From: the human T2T-CHM13v2.0 reference genome, Homo sapiens
Length of the DNA stretch: 64,000 nucleotides
Direction: 5' to 3' (one strand)
NCBI RefSeq assembly: GCF_009914755.1
Contig: NC_060934.1
Every line of letters starts with the position of its first letter. The first letter of the stretch is position 1. Both the position numbers and the translations under genes were made by a program. Under the pieces are notes generated by a model. It was not told the DNA's origin. It did not search any database and saw only the letters and a list, made by a program, of their open reading frames with translations. Below are positions 43,562-60,655 of this stretch, piece by piece.

Positions 43562-45322
43562 CATTATTCTTAAAGTGTGATCTCTGAGTTCAAAGGGGTC
43601 CCCAAGACACTTTCAGGGAGTTTGTAAGGTCAAGCTATTTTTATGATAATACTATACAAAGGTACCATTTGCCATCTTCTCTATGTTAATGCACACATTG
43701 ACAGTGCAAAAGCAGCAGTGAGTAAAACTCTTAGCACCTTAACACAAATCGAGGTGGTGGCACCAAACTGTACTAGTAGTCATCTCGTATTCTTCACTGC
43801 CATGCACTCTCAGTAAGAAAACAAAAACCGCTAGTTTTACTTAATGTTTTGATTGAAGTGTCAAAAATATTAATTTTATTGGAACTGATCATTGAGTATA
43901 TTCATTTTCAATATTGTGTACGATCACATGGGTGGTACATCTAAAGTACTTTTATATTCCGAAGTGCCACGATTGTCTCAAGAGAGAGCATGTGTGCAGT
44001 TGTTTGAGATGCAGTATGAGCTAGCTATTCTTTTTCTGAAACGCCATTTTTACTTAGATAATTGACAGTCAAGTTGTAGTTATTTAGATTTGGGTGTTTG
44101 GCAAAATTTTCTGAAAAATAAATGAAGTAAGCCTAAAATGTCAAGGCAAACATCTGACATTCTTCTTATTATTTTGCCAATGATAATATGCAAGCTTTCA
44201 AACAAAAATTAGAATTTTGGAGGATTCCTATCTATCTTGGCAGCTTGGCAGCTTCCTGGTACTTAAAGATTTTTCTGGTGAGTTCGTTAGTGATATTAAT
44301 GAATATGAATGTTACTTTTGAAGCAGTATGTTTCAAGATGTTTCAGAATGTTACTTTTCAAAGCATATTATGAAATATATCAACATTTGGAGGATCTGCA
44401 TAATTCAGGGAAGCAGTAAGTAATGCATAAAGTTACAAAACTGTGCATAGATAAAAGGTAGACTCAAAGTGCAATGTAGACCAATGGATTTTATTATAAC
44501 ATAGAATGAAAAGTTCATTGAAACGGCTTCAGATTCCACATTGCAACTAACCTTTAAGGAGCTACCACATGGTGAATTTTGATATAGTATCAAAGAAGAA
44601 TATGCACAATCATTTCCAACTACATATCTGTGCACTCCGTATTCTCCAACTGAAAAACGTATTACAAAAGATTGAGTAGAAGCAGATATGAGAGTCCAGC
44701 TATCTTCTTTTTTAATTTTTTGTTTTTATTTATTTATTTTTAAGAGACAGAGTCTCACTCTGTTACCCAGATTGGAGCTCAGTGGCACAACAACAGTTCA
44801 CTGCAACCTCAAACTCCTGGCCTCAAGTGATCCTTCTGCTTCAGCTTCCTGAGTAGCTGGGACTACAGGCCTCTGCCACCCTACCTGGCTAATTTAAAAA
44901 ATATATTGTTTTCTAGAGACAGGGTCTTGCTATTTTGCCCAGGCTAGTTTTGAACTCCTGGCCTCAGGTGATCCTCCCACTTTGGTCTCTCAAAGTTCTG
45001 AAATTACAGGCGTGAACCACCAAACCTGGTCTCAGCTGTCTTCCATTAAGCCAGATGTTAATGAGATTTGTAAAAAATCTATATGCAACTCCTTTTTCTA
45101 ATTTGTTTTTGTTTTGGAAAGTCATTTTTCAATACAAATGTGGTATTTAAAATGCAATAGGATTATTGTTATTAAATTAATGTTTAAAAATTTTTCAGTT
45201 TTAATTTTGATACAGAAAATATTTCTAGATATAATTCATGAAAACAATCAAACAAAAAGAAATTCTCAATAATTTTTTAGACTATGAAGAGGTCAAAAGA
45301 CCCAAAAATTTGAGGCCCCCTC
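43562..45322. mobile_element. Charlie1-family hAT transposon inserted in an L2 and containing an AluJ
   Basis: aaagtgtg...ggggtccccaagacactttcaggg...aggtcaagctattttt 5' end and caaaaatttgagg 3' end. Confidence 0.75.
44709..45031 (-). mobile_element. AluJ
   Basis: Diverged Alu with J features (gagacagggtcttgctattttgcccagg); TSD cagct(a/g)tcttc. Confidence 0.88.
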
Positions 45323-48300
45323 TCTGTAGAGGCCCCTCCCTGACCTCCCTATATAAAATAGCATTACCATCTCTCCCTGTCTCTATGCTGTGTGATATGT
45401 ACCACCTCTTGGCATATTTTATATTGATCTGTTTATTATTTGTCTCCCTCCAGTGGAATGTAAGCTCCACAAGGGATAGAAATTAATCTATTTTGTTCAT
45501 TGCTGTTATTCCCAGCATCTAGAACAGTGCCTGAATAATAGTAGGTATTAAACAGACATTTAGTGAGTGAATAAGTTAAAATTTTTCTCATAGAATCCTG
45601 TTTTCTATTTTCCTCTGCCTTGAATTCTACTTGTTTGATTTGATGCCTTTCTTACATGGTGGTAGATTTTCTTATTAACTTTAAGATTTATTATTGATTT
45701 TATTTTATTGAACTTATCTTTAGAAGAACTTATCTCTCCTGGCTGTTCGACATATTCCTTTGATAGAAAAGATGTCCCTAAGAAGCAGTTTCACCCCTGC
45801 TGCCAGGGCCTCACAGGTTTCCCCTGTTAAGGACCAGTTTTTATGTTAAATTCTGAGCTCAAGATTTCTGCACTGTATGGATAAGAGAATCTCAGGGTTC
45901 AAATTCTCAGGATATGACTCGTTTTCCACTCATGGCTCAATGGGATATAGCTCACTTATACACTGCATCTCTAGGGCAACAGGTGGAGTTTTTTATCCAT
46001 CTTTCGTAACTGGCATAGATATTTCTCAATTCCTGGCAGTACAATGAGTCCAACCCTGGCTCTCTTTGCCTGTGATTTTTGTTCTTATGTGGGCATTTAA
46101 AGCCTAATCCCTAATGCCTGTATCCTTTCTGAAAGATGCTCCTGTGGGCTTGAATTTTATCACCATCCTTACACTGAGCTGTCTATTTGTTTCTTGCATG
46201 AAGATTTCCCTCCTCCTTTTGGCTTAGCTATGTAAATGATAAATATTTTAAATGTAGTTAGATTTTATCTAGCATTTCTCTTTGTTTGGAGTAGAAAGTA
46301 AGTCCTTTCTACTTTTGCTTTTACTGCCATATTAACCATAATTCTGCACTATAAAACTCTTCAATGCCTCACGTTGTCATTCTTGAGTTCTTATTTTTTT
46401 ATTTGTTTTTTGATGAGTCTGTAATTGTAATTTTGTAGGAGGAAGTTGTGAATGATAGATCTTCTAAGCTATTAATATCTGAAATTTCTGTTATCTTCAC
46501 ACTTGCATGGAAACTTGTCTGTACAGAATTATTGAGTCAAACCTTTTTTTACAACATTTTGTGGATCTAGCACTATTATATTCTGAAATTTATTAATGCA
46601 GAAGAGAAGTATTGAAGTCAACCTGGTTTTTAAAAATCCTATTTTAAGGTAACCTGTTAGGTTTTGTTTTCTTCCCTGATTGCTTTTATGATTTTAAACA
46701 ATCTATAATTCCAAATTTGGTACAGATATGGTTTTTTTTTTCTGGAACAAGGGTGAGCCTTCCATTTTAACCTCAGCTATTATTTCATAGAGTTTGTTTT
46801 CAATACACCCATTTCTTATAATTTAGAAGAGCTTTATTCTCTTTTCTCTGAATTGAATCCTCAGAAGTCTGGGAAAACTTTGTATCCTTTACATCCCTAA
46901 TTCTATTTTTTGCAGTATTAGTTTTAGTTATTTAATGCTCTCTGCAAATTTAAATCATGTGTTGTCTTCTCTTTTTTAACACTTTAATTTTTAAAAATTT
47001 CAGCTTGTTCTGTTTTTATCTTTCTCTGCTATGTCCTTCCTTGCTCTTGTTTTCTAGTGGACATGTCTTTGTTTGCATCCTTTTAAGAACAGTAAGTAAT
47101 TGATTACAATTTTTTTTTCATCCTGTGCTCTTCACTGTAATCTTTTGGATAATTCTCTTTATCTCTTCTGTTAACAGTATTTTTCATAGGGTTCATGTTG
47201 TTATTCTGTGAGATTTGTTCAGACCTGCAATTTGCCTATAAATACAATATATAAATTGTTTTTTGTCCTGTTCTCATTTTCTTGAATACTGGAAGAATCA
47301 ACTACTTTCTTAGAGCTAAAGCTGATTGACAAGCTGATGTGAGTACCCCCAGCCCAATTTCTAGTGTTCTTGTAGTGTAGCTTTATTGCCTGAGATATGA
47401 TTATTTCTTGCACATGTGCCAAGTTTTCTTATTTGTTGAGGAAGATGTATGTTTTAAAGAATGTGTGACATTTTATAGTTCTTCCATTAAAAGCAGTGCA
47501 TGAATAAACACTACCTCAGCATCCCTTTGTTTTGTATCCTAAGATGTGTGGTGATAGGTAAGGTAAGGTACTGCCACCTGAGTTGTCAAATAACACAGAA
47601 GTTATCTTACTTTAAAGTTGCTCCCCAGGAAGAGTCTTTCAGATTAAAACGTATCAGTACAAGATGTTCTTGACCGGTCAGTATTTGTGCTTTGCTGGTC
47701 TTTCCCTAATCAGATTACTGTCTCGCTGAGATGAGCAGCTTTGGAGGAATAGGAGTTTTATTTGAGGAAAAGAGGAAGAATAATTTTGCAGTTTAGGGGT
47801 TATTTTGAAAAGAGTTGACTGTGGACTTTGGAACAGGAGGTGAGTTCTGAAAAGGTGAGTGGGAAGGATCAAAGGCAACTGGCGACTTACAGCTGTACCT
47901 GTGATCTGATGCTGATAGGAAGAATTTCTCGTGTAGGCTTTGTTGCATATATGGTCTCATGGATTGTTATTGCCTGAATTCATATTTCAAGATAAGTTAA
48001 AAGGCTGTATACCTCAGTTTCCTTTGTTCAGATGAGTTCCACAGTTTCAAATGTAGTCTAATTTCTTCTGGTTAAAAATTCCTCCCAAGAGAGATAGAGG
48101 AAGGAAAGGGAGAGATGGGACCACCACAGTGAGCAAATGGATCAGATTATTACTCTAAAATGTTCTTTTCGTTCTGAGCTCCCGCTCCTCCCCGTCTTTA
48201 CTAAGATTTCTCGCTTATGTTCCTACTGGAAAAGTGGGTTTTATTCCTGGGAAATTCTGAGGCCTTCTACCATTATATTTGGTGAACATGCAGTAGATTA

Positions 48301-49863
48301 CTTTTCAAAATTAAGATAGTTTGATTGTTTTAACTCTTTATAAAAGTAGTGTTTATTTATTGCAAATTATTCCAAAAATAGAAATTGGCAAAAAGCAGAG
48401 TGAAAATCACCTATAATTCCACCACACGGTTAACATTTTCATAGGTTTTCTTTCAAAATTGTTTAAATGGATTTATATTTTTCTTAAATAATTTGCTTTT
48501 TTCTATTTACTGTAACCTAGACATCTGAGTAAATATATATATAAATAAGCAATTTTAATTGCTGCGTAGTATTCCATTAAATGTAATACTATATTTTATT
48601 TAACTAATTTCTTATTGATAAGTATTTACTATTGTATTAATAAATTACTGTTTCTATCATCATTGCAGTGATAACTGTATACATACATCTTTGTGCACTT
48701 ATCCTAGCTTTTTAGGGTAAAGCCTTATAAATCAAATTGCTGTGTCAATGGGTCTGTAATTTTTAAGGCTTTGATTATTTTTAAATTGTCCTCCAGAAAA
48801 GTTGTTCCAGTTTTATTCTCACAGTTTTACTACTCATACACTGAAAATTAATATGTATTACAAATATAAAAATGGCATCTTTTTAGTTATAATTTGAATT
48901 TTTTAACTTAGTATTTTTAATTTATATGTATATTTACCTATTTCTATCCTGTCCTAGTCTTTTCTGGTTGGCATCTAGCTTTTTATTATAGATATTCTTT
49001 CTTTATCATTTGTTGCAAACTTTATTATTTGTATCTTGGCTTTTTATGACATGATTTTCTAGTAAAAGTTTAGAGTTTTGTGTTGCTGGAATTTTTAATG
49101 TTTTAGTTTGTTTCCGAATCCATTCTAGGCTTGGGAAAGCCTGTCCCACTCCAAGATTTTAAACAATATCTTTTTCTAATACTTTTATAGTGGTTTTCTT
49201 TTTTAAAATATTTTAAAGAAAAATGACTGTTGTCACCTGAGTAAATGTCACATGTTCCCCATTGATCGGAAACACTGTCTTTATGATACAGTATTTTGCA
49301 TGTGCGTGTATATATCTATACTTGTATCTGTTTTATATATTCTATACTATTAATCTATTTGTTTTGGCACCAGTATATTATTGGCTTAAATATATTAGCT
49401 TTAAAATATCTTTGGCCCTCTGGAAGGGTAATTTCTTTTTCAGAATTTTCCTGATTCTTTTCATAGTTTATATTTCTAGATAAATTTGAAAATCATTTTG
49501 TCAAATTAAAAAAGAACCAAAATCATTGGGGTTTTCATAAGATTGCACTAATTTCATGTTGTAATTTATGAAGAATTGATGTCTTTATAACTCTGAGTCA
49601 CACTTAAGAATATAACATCTTTTTCTGTTTATTCAGATTTTCTTGTATGTTCCTCAGTAGAAGTTTTTCATACAGGTCTCAGATATTTCTTATTTGTATT
49701 TTGTTTGTCTTGATTTTGCTGTCACGAATGGGATATTTTCCATGCTTTTTTCTGTTTTTGTTGGTAACTAGAATAGATTTTGGTATTTATTTTGTTACTA
49801 GCTTCTTTATTAAACCCTTTTTTTTATTTCTTGATGGTTTCTCTGTATATTTTCTTGGATTCA

Positions 49864-50206
<343 letters not shown>

Positions 50207-51146
50207 TTATACATGTATTATATTTTATATTATATATAATAGTATGTAGTATATATTATATGTGATATTATATATTATATATATTACATATGATACATAC
50301 GTAATAATAATAAGGCCACTGTGGCTGGAATGGGGCAAGTGAGGAGGTGACTGATAGGAGAGATGGCTGGAGAGGGAGTGGGGGTGAAAATCATGTAAAG
50401 CCTTATAAGCCATTGTCAGGAGGTTATTTCCTTCCTTGCTAACTATATTAGGATTATTATGTCATAGTAAGTTATTCTTTAAGCATTGCCTCTGTGATTT
50501 GGAAAAGTATAAAGATAGATCTTTTTTACAAAAACCTTAATATCTGCTATCAATACAATATTCATTAATGTACCTTAGTATTTAGAATGTCTTTTATCAT
50601 ATAGTCATAATAATGATATATTTTTCCCAATTGTTATGGTTTTAGGTATGTGAAATTTTCTACGTAACTCTTAGTTTTTTTTTTAAATGTAAAATTGCCT
50701 ATTATGCTATGGGGCAGATTATTTAATCAGCAAAATGTCAGTTCCTCAAGGCCGAGATTATTTTTAACAACAGCAACCACAACAAAGAGGACCTATGTAC
50801 TTTGCTTGCTTGGACCCTAACATTAATTTTAAATCCTCAGTCATTTTCAATTTTTAAGTTCTTCTGGCAGAAAAATACCTAAAGGCACCCAGGCAGCAAG
50901 AGTAGTGAAAAGTCACAAATCATGGCTTTGCTGAAAACTGACCTAGTTGACCAGATAAGTCAGCTCACTGGGAAAACTATAAGCTCCATTAAAAAATCAA
51001 ATATCCCAAGAGGAATAAAACAAGGAAAGGAAAAACAGTCTTTATTGCTGAGAGAAGCAGAATTAACCAGGGAGTTGGCACTACTATAAATTAGAATTTT
51101 CCAAAACAGCAGTATTTTCTGACAAAGCTTGGCTATGTGATTCTAG

Positions 51147-51442
<296 letters not shown>

Positions 51443-54400
51443 TATCACTTTAAGGCTGTGTGCAAATATATTTTTTCATTTCTAGTAGGAGGACAGATAG
51501 AAATGAAAAAGAGAAAATTTTATCACTGCCATTAGGAACTTCCCACCCTTTTCTTCATATTGTCTGTATTCTTTTGGGATCTTAGTGGATAACTTAGGAC
51601 ACAGAAGCAATGGATTTTTAAGTTTTTGTTTACTATAAAATAAATGTTCAAGCTACATAGATATAAAATATTGCCTCAGTTCAAACCTGACCCGATATAT
51701 TTAGAAATATTTTTATGTCACACTCTAACATTTTATGTATTATCTTCCCAACTCTGATCTCCACCTTTGTAACAAAAAAGAGGTGAGAAGATTTTCTGAT
51801 GATTATTTATTCATCTTTTGATCCTATCAATACATTCAGGGTTATATTTCGAATATTTACTTAAATTTTACATATCAGTAGATTTAGTTGTCAAATGCAG
51901 GAACATAAAAAATAACTTAAGAAATCAGTTGGGACAACAGTAAGAACAAAAGGAACCATCTGAAACATTCTACGAATAGGAGACTGTGAAAAGCTATTTT
52001 ATTTCTGAAGAGTTAGTAACTTAACAACGAGGAACTGGGCAGATTCAAAAGTTTTTGTTTCCTTAGTTCCACTAAAATATGAAGGCAATATATTAATAAT
52101 AATAGGCCTCATCTAGCTTCTGCAACCTTGATCTGTTGATGTCCTTAACAATGTGAAGCAGTATATTATAGGCCTCTATTCTTGTCCTTCCTGACTTTAA
52201 CTTTCCCAAACTCCTGCCGCTTTCTCCGTCATTCTACTTCTCATACTTACCAAGACTTTTGTATTAACATTTTTTAACCATAGATCCTATGTAAATTTGA
52301 AGATTAATGTACCGTAATCTTTCTGTAGTTATTGACTCTCTGGGACTCTTTAGATCTGGATTAAAAGAGACAAATATGGAAGTAAACAATAAAGACAGAA
52401 GGTAAGACAGAAAGGGAATGAAGAGGAGATAAACTAATAATAAAAATAAAAACAAAGAAGCAGAGAACTTAAAATGGATGATTTACATAAAATTTTAGGG
52501 AAGAGGAAAATTATGGATATGCCCTTTTTATAAATCTTTAGAACAGCTGTCTACTTTTTAGTTTTTGGGATATAGATTTCATTTTTTAGGTAATGGTGAA
52601 ATATTCTGGTTAAGTGCCAATATGTCACCTAGCTCTTCTTAATATTGGTTATTCTCCCTTTTAAGAAAGAAGACGTGGGCTCAGTGGTAATTTAAGCTCT
52701 TAGTCATTGATAGCTGAAAGATAGCACCTTAATTTCTGAGTCCTTAACATAAGGCTTTCCTGAATTTGAATAATAGATTTGCTTAAGTCTCATTTAGAAA
52801 TCCGTTAGTTTGATAAGTAATATTTTCCTCATTTTTGAGTTTTGGGTTTGACATAGATCTTTTACAACAGATCAGTGGTATACATGGACTTAGAATTCAT
52901 GAATTGCGTTTCTGAAGGGCATAATACTTGAAATACCTTAGTAGATTAAACCCACATTTATCCAGTGCATTATTTGGTCTCTAAAGCATTTTTTGTGGAC
53001 ATTCCTGGGCAGTGTCCACAGCAGTAACTCAGAGTTAGGTATATACTGCAAACACCCTTCTCAGTAAGCTCTGGTGGATCTAGGATTTGGTAATTTCCTT
53101 AAATGTTTATTAACCTTATATATTTTCAACTCACCATCACACCTCAAAGTCTCTTTTTAGCTCTAGAATTATCTTTTCATTACTTTGAAATAGTTCTGAC
53201 ATTTCCATGCTCACATCATGATTTAGAAGAAAGAAAGGCAGAAGACCTGAATTTTAGTCCTGGATTTGCCTCTAATTAGTTATATAGCCTTTGTTAAGGT
53301 GTTTAACTTCTCTGGACCTCATTTTATTATCATTTACATAATAAGCATTAAATAGTCACAAAATATTTTTTATTCTGAATAAATGTGGTAGATTTCATGA
53401 TCATACCCTAGTTTCCCCTTGTTATAAATTTCTATATGATTTTATAGATTTGGCCATATGTTTTCTAATTTCTGTCTTCTGAGACAGAAAAATACTAACC
53501 ACCCTATTATTCCTTCCCCCAATCTCTAAAATATTATCTCAGTTCCTTTGATTATGTGAATTGTACCTCTCTAATCTTTCTCTATTGATGCCTTTCTTAA
53601 AATTGGGTTGATGAAAACAGTACCAAGTACTGAAGATATGGGCAGATGGGCTACGATCTTATATAAATGTAAGATCATATTTTCTGGTTTTGAAAATTTG
53701 AGCAACTTTTTTAATGTCAATATTTCTAGGACATTTTAGCCATAATATTTCAAACTGTCTCTTAAGCCAACCCTTTTGCCTCTGGACTAGACTATTTCTA
53801 AGCTCTTTACTATTCAATATTGTCTGGGACAGAGATTTCACAACCTGTCTCTCACCTTGAGGAAGTTCTTATAACTACCATAAATCTTGCTTTCTGCAAT
53901 TTAAGTTGAATTTATATCCTTTTTCTTTTCCCTGTGGAGATGGGAACAGCCCCAAACTGGAAACGATGCTTTCTTATGAGGGCTAGTACTGAACATAGTA
54001 GAAAAATTACAGTATTTCCAGTCCAGCATCATTTTTAGCTTTCATATATTAAAGCTTCCTAACTTCATTTCAATATTCATCTCAGGAGATGTTATTTTTT
54101 AAGTTCCAAATGAAATAACAGTTGCATGTCTAACATTAATGTTTATTATACCTTTTGCTACTTAGAACCAAATGAAGTATTAAAATAAAAAATGAGTTCT
54201 CAAAACCCATTTAAGGTCTTTAGCAGACTCGTTTTTTATTTGATATAACTATAATCATGGGACTGGGTTTTTGCCTCTGCTTTGCAGATTTTATCTTATT
54301 ATTTTATTAGTTATATTATGTACATGATTTATTCATTCATATATTCCTTATAAACTGTGAAAATAGAAACTTATTATCTAAAAACAAACAGTCTTAAAGC

Positions 54401-54726
54401 AGATTTCAATGTGTGTATTCAAAAAGCGTTAGTACCTAGCTAAGAATTCTTCTAGGTATTGAGAGGAAAAAGAAAGCACATTCTCTGCCCTTGAGGAGCC
54501 TATAGTCTTATTAGGGGAAGAGATTATAAAATTGTAACTATAAAGTACTTAAAAAATAATACAAGATAGTGTATATAAAATAAGATGTTTGATGCTAATT
54601 TTATTTTGCATTTTAAAGATTAATACAGAATATATTTTATACTAGACAAATCTTCTCTGTTACCTAAGGTACTCTAAAATGTCTAATTAATTGTTTTATT
54701 CTGATTTCTGTTTTTGTACTTTGAAG

Positions 54727-54843
54727 GTTCAACAGTTTTTTGAAAAATCCTTCTTCTTACAGCTTTTGAAAGCTCATGAAAATGCTTTAGAAAAACAGTA
54801 CAGTGAAATTACAAACCATAGGAATATGCTTCTTCAAACCTTT
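54727..54843 (+). CDS. CCDC172: CCDC172 third coding exon ([39 protein letters not shown])
   Basis: Acceptor tttttgtactttgaAG ends 54726; donor TTT|GTAAGT at 54844; 117 nt, phase 0/0; lies inside ORF 54691..54888. Confidence 0.93.
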
Positions 54844-56028
54844 GTAAGTTTCCAGCCACCTAGAAAAATCTATTTCACTAATATGTAAAAAAGTATTCAA
54901 ATATACTTAAGTATACTTTTAGAAAATTATCCATGTGCATATTAGCAGGTAGTACTGCTCAGATACAGGAAAGTATTAAGTGCTATTTAAAACCAATTGG
55001 TAGAGTAATACAGTTTGAAAGAAGTATATGGGCAGGGATGTAATATAGCAATTATTTTCAGTTGTAATAAGCACAAAAGAAACAGTGGAACTGATTTGAA
55101 TTGCTCAAGCATTGAGACCTTGGATAAAATCGTTTTGAAAGGCAGAAAGTTTCACACTTTAGGCATATTTATGGATGTGGCTAAAAGGATGGATATTGTT
55201 AATCTTTTTCTGTTAACTCAGAGCCAACAGCCTGAGCAATAGTTTTGAATGACAGGGCCAATTTAGAAATATGACTTGTGATTGACATTTTAAAGAAAAT
55301 ACATTTAAAGATATTAAAAATACATATCTGAAGTCAGAACCAACACACTTGGTGGTTTGAAATGACGTGGCCAGTTTGAAAATGAGGCTTAAAATTCATT
55401 GACATAGCTTAGAAAAATATGGTAATGTTTATATTCTAGCATTGTCAAAGAGTTTAGGTTTTTGCATTGTCCACAGTTTTTGGAAATTCTTATTTCTCTG
55501 CCATGTTGATACTTCATAAAATGTAAACTATTATTTAAAACTGATTTTGAAGTGAATATATAATTTTGATTTCATCATCCACATTTTAAAAGGTTTTCTT
55601 GGCTATCCTTGTTTGTTTGTTTGTTTTCCTGTAAGGCAGTAATCCCTTTAAGTGTAAATTTTAGTTTTTCAGTTTGGCCATTTAATTACTTTACTCTCCA
55701 GTTTTATATTATAATTATAAAATGTAATATGATTCTGAATTTTAATACACAAATAAACAGATATAATGATGAGTGGTAGAATATCTACCTCAATAATTCT
55801 CCCAAAACTTTAAGATTAAATCTTTCATCTGAAGATAGTTGTTACTATATAATAGCTTCAGTTTTTTATTAATATTACTATGAGAAAAAAACATTTTTGC
55901 CATAAAACCAGGAAGTGTAACTATATACTTTCATTGTTAATAATTCCAAATTATTATATTTTAAATAATTAAGGAAAAATATTATTGCAACTAACACCTA
56001 TATTTGATCTTTTATTTATGTTTTTCAG

Positions 56029-56194
56029 GAGGCTATAAAGAAACAAATGATAGAGGAGGAAGACAAATTTATTAAGGAAATTACAGACTTTAATAATGAT
56101 TATGAAATAACAAAGAAAAGAGAGCTTTTGATGAAAGAAAATGTCAAGATTGAAATATCTGACTTAGAAAACCAAGCAAACATGTTGAAAAGTG
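56029..56194 (+). CDS. CCDC172: CCDC172 fourth coding exon ([55 protein letters not shown] + 1 nt); gene continues beyond the window
   Basis: Branch-like CTAAC at 55991, acceptor tttttcAG at 56028, donor G|GTATGA at 56195; in frame with ORF 56047..56253. Confidence 0.93.
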
Positions 56195-56629
56195 GTATGA
56201 ATAAATATCACCTCATTTGTCTTGCATTAATGAAAATAACTTATTTTGAATGAATGAATTTTCCAAAAATTTAACTTTTTCATGAGCAAATTGGGTTATT
56301 GCATAGCGATTCTTTTACTTTTATTGATTTAATGAAGATGTATCTTCTATTGTGAGCAGTTTCAAATGATTTAGAAGTACATGTGACATGAACATTTGGT
56401 CATTCATTTAATAAATAAATATCTGTTATGTGATAGGCACTGTTCTAGGTCTTGAAGATATAACAATAAAAAGTGGAGGAAGAAAATATGTAAGCAGACA
56501 TTTACAGCACATTGTGATGGAAGCTACAGTAGGGGTTAGGATTGGTGCCCTAATCCTCTAACAATCCAGGAGAAGCTAGGAATAAGTTTACACAGTGGAG
56601 TGGAGAGAGTTTTATTTCAGGAACACTAG

Positions 56630-57030
56630 TGAAGGTTTGGGTCTGTGTCCCCATGCAAATGTCGTGTCAAATTGTAATCCTTAATGTTGGAGGTTGGGCC
56701 TGGTGGGAGGTGATTGGCTCATGGGGGCAGGTTTCCCCTTTGGTGCTATTCTCATGACATTGAGTGAGTTATCATGAGATTTGGTTGTTTAAAAGTATGT
56801 AGCACCTCCTGCTTCTCTCTGTTCTTCCTGCTCTGGCCATGTAAGATGTTCCTGCTTCCCCTCTGCCTTCCACCACGATTTTAAGTTTTCTGAGGCCTCC
56901 CCAGCCATGCTCCCTCTATAGCTTCCAGAACCATGAGCTAAGTAAATCTCTCTTCTTCTTCTTCTTCTTTTTTAATAAATTACCCAGTCTCGGGTAGTTC
57001 TTTATAGTAGTGCAAGAATGGACTAATACA
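56630..57030 (+). mobile_element. MSTA solo LTR
   Basis: TG...CA termini; perfect 5-bp TSD actag at 56625-56629 and 57031-57035. Confidence 0.9.
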
Positions 57031-58192
57031 ACTAGTATGTGGGTTATTGCAATCTTTGATAAGATCCTGAATTAAAGCAGTTGCCAAGTAGGGAAAGTCA
57101 AGGATAAATCAGTTTTCAAACTTCAGAGATTCTATTATAGCATTAGCTTAATGTCCAGTATTTCCTCATCTAAACTAGGTTCAATTGCACATGAGGCTCC
57201 TTGGATGTAGTTGCTTATGTAACTCCTTGAGTACATGTCCTCTTGATCTGAAGACCTCAGCCAAAGAAACAGTTGCCCTTCATATTCCCAATATACTATG
57301 GTGAGATAGGCATAGGATAATCACTAGTGATACTTCTGTTCAGAAAGCAGAAAAACTGGAGTCATTGTTATATAGCAATTCTGAAATTGAGCCAGGCAAG
57401 TATTGGACATTCCTTGATTAGGACTCAGTCATCCTCCCTCCTGGGAATGATTCCCCATGACTCTTGACACTACTCTCTGTGCTCCTATTTCCCTTCTCTG
57501 ATCATTCGTTTTTTTTTTTTTTTAAAAAAAATATATATAAAAGATAGCTTGCATTTGCAATTGTCCTGTGCCTGCTTCCATTCTGTAAAAGTTGCGTATC
57601 ATTCCTTTTTTTTACTGCCTCTGTCCATTTCAGTCCAAGCTCACTGTGTTCATGTAAATACAGTGCTCTTAAAAACTTTGTGGGTCTCACGTGAATCCTA
57701 CTGAGGCTCACTTCATTAGGGAAAAGCCACAACTACAAATTTCTTTGAGATAAGCCCTTTTATACTTTGGCCTTTTGCTAAAACTACTGAGACAATATTC
57801 TTAAACTTCTTGGCCCTATACTTTGACTGAATGGTTCTCTGAGGCATCACCTTGGATTTTTCTGAGGTTTTAGGAAAGGCTTTTTAATTCACATGCTAGA
57901 TTTAGTCTTTATGATTTCTTAAGAATATTGGATTTTTTTCTTTACCCTCAAGACATTTCTTAGTGGTGAGAATGAAGACAGGGAGGGCATCTTGTAGTAA
58001 GGCTACCAAAGTTGTTTATTTTAATTCCAGAACAACCATTAAGGAAATAATCCAAAAACAAATAGCTAAAAGGACAATATAGAAATTAAAATACACATTT
58101 AATCTGAAAGAAAGTGGGAAAGGGAAAGAGGGGAACAAAAACACAGAACAGACAGAAAACTAATAATAAAATGATACACTTGAATCCATTTG

Positions 58193-59005
58193 CAATCATG
58201 CATCACTTTAATAATGGGGATATGTTCTGAGAAATGCATTCTTAGTCAGTATCATCGTGTGAACATCATAGATTGTACTTACACAAACCTGGATGGGATA
58301 ACCTATTACACACCTGGGCTATATGGTATAGCCTATTGCTCCTAGGCTGTAAGCCTGTACTCAATGTTACTATACTGAAGACTGTAGGCAGTTGGAACAC
58401 AATGGCAAGTATTTGTCTACCTAAACATATATAAATCTAGAAAAGGTACAGCAAAAATACAGTATAAATGATTTTAAAAATCTCTATAGGGCACCTTTAT
58501 AGGGTATTTACCATGAATGGAGCTTGTAGAGCTGGAAGTTGCTCTGGGCGAGTCAGTGAGTGAATGGTGTGTGAATGTGGAGGCCTAGAACATTACTGTA
58601 TGCTACTGTAAACTTTATAAACACTGTGTATTTAGGCTACACTAAGTTTGTAAAAAGAATTTTTCTTCCAAAGTAAATTAACATTAACTTCAGCTTACTG
58701 TAACTTTTTTACTTTATAAACCTTTTATTATTTTTGACTCTTCTAATAACACTTAGTTTAAAACACATGTTGTATGAATATACAAAAAATTTTTTTCTTT
58801 GTATCCTTATTCTACAACTTTCTTCTATCTTAGAAATTATTTTTTTACTTGAAACTAAAAAAAAAAAAAAAAACCTAAAACACAAACATGCACATTAGGC
58901 TTACACAGAGTCAGTATCACAATATCACTGTCTTCCACCTCTACATCTTGTCCCACTGGAAGGTCTTCAGGGACATGGAGCTATCATCTTCTATGAGAAC
59001 AATGC
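58193..59005. mobile_element. Tigger3-family fragment
   Basis: caatcatgcatcactttaataatggggatatgttctgagaaatgc terminus; cttacacaaacctggatgg. Confidence 0.8.
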
Positions 59006-59009
59006 CTTT

Positions 59010-60655
<1,646 letters not shown>

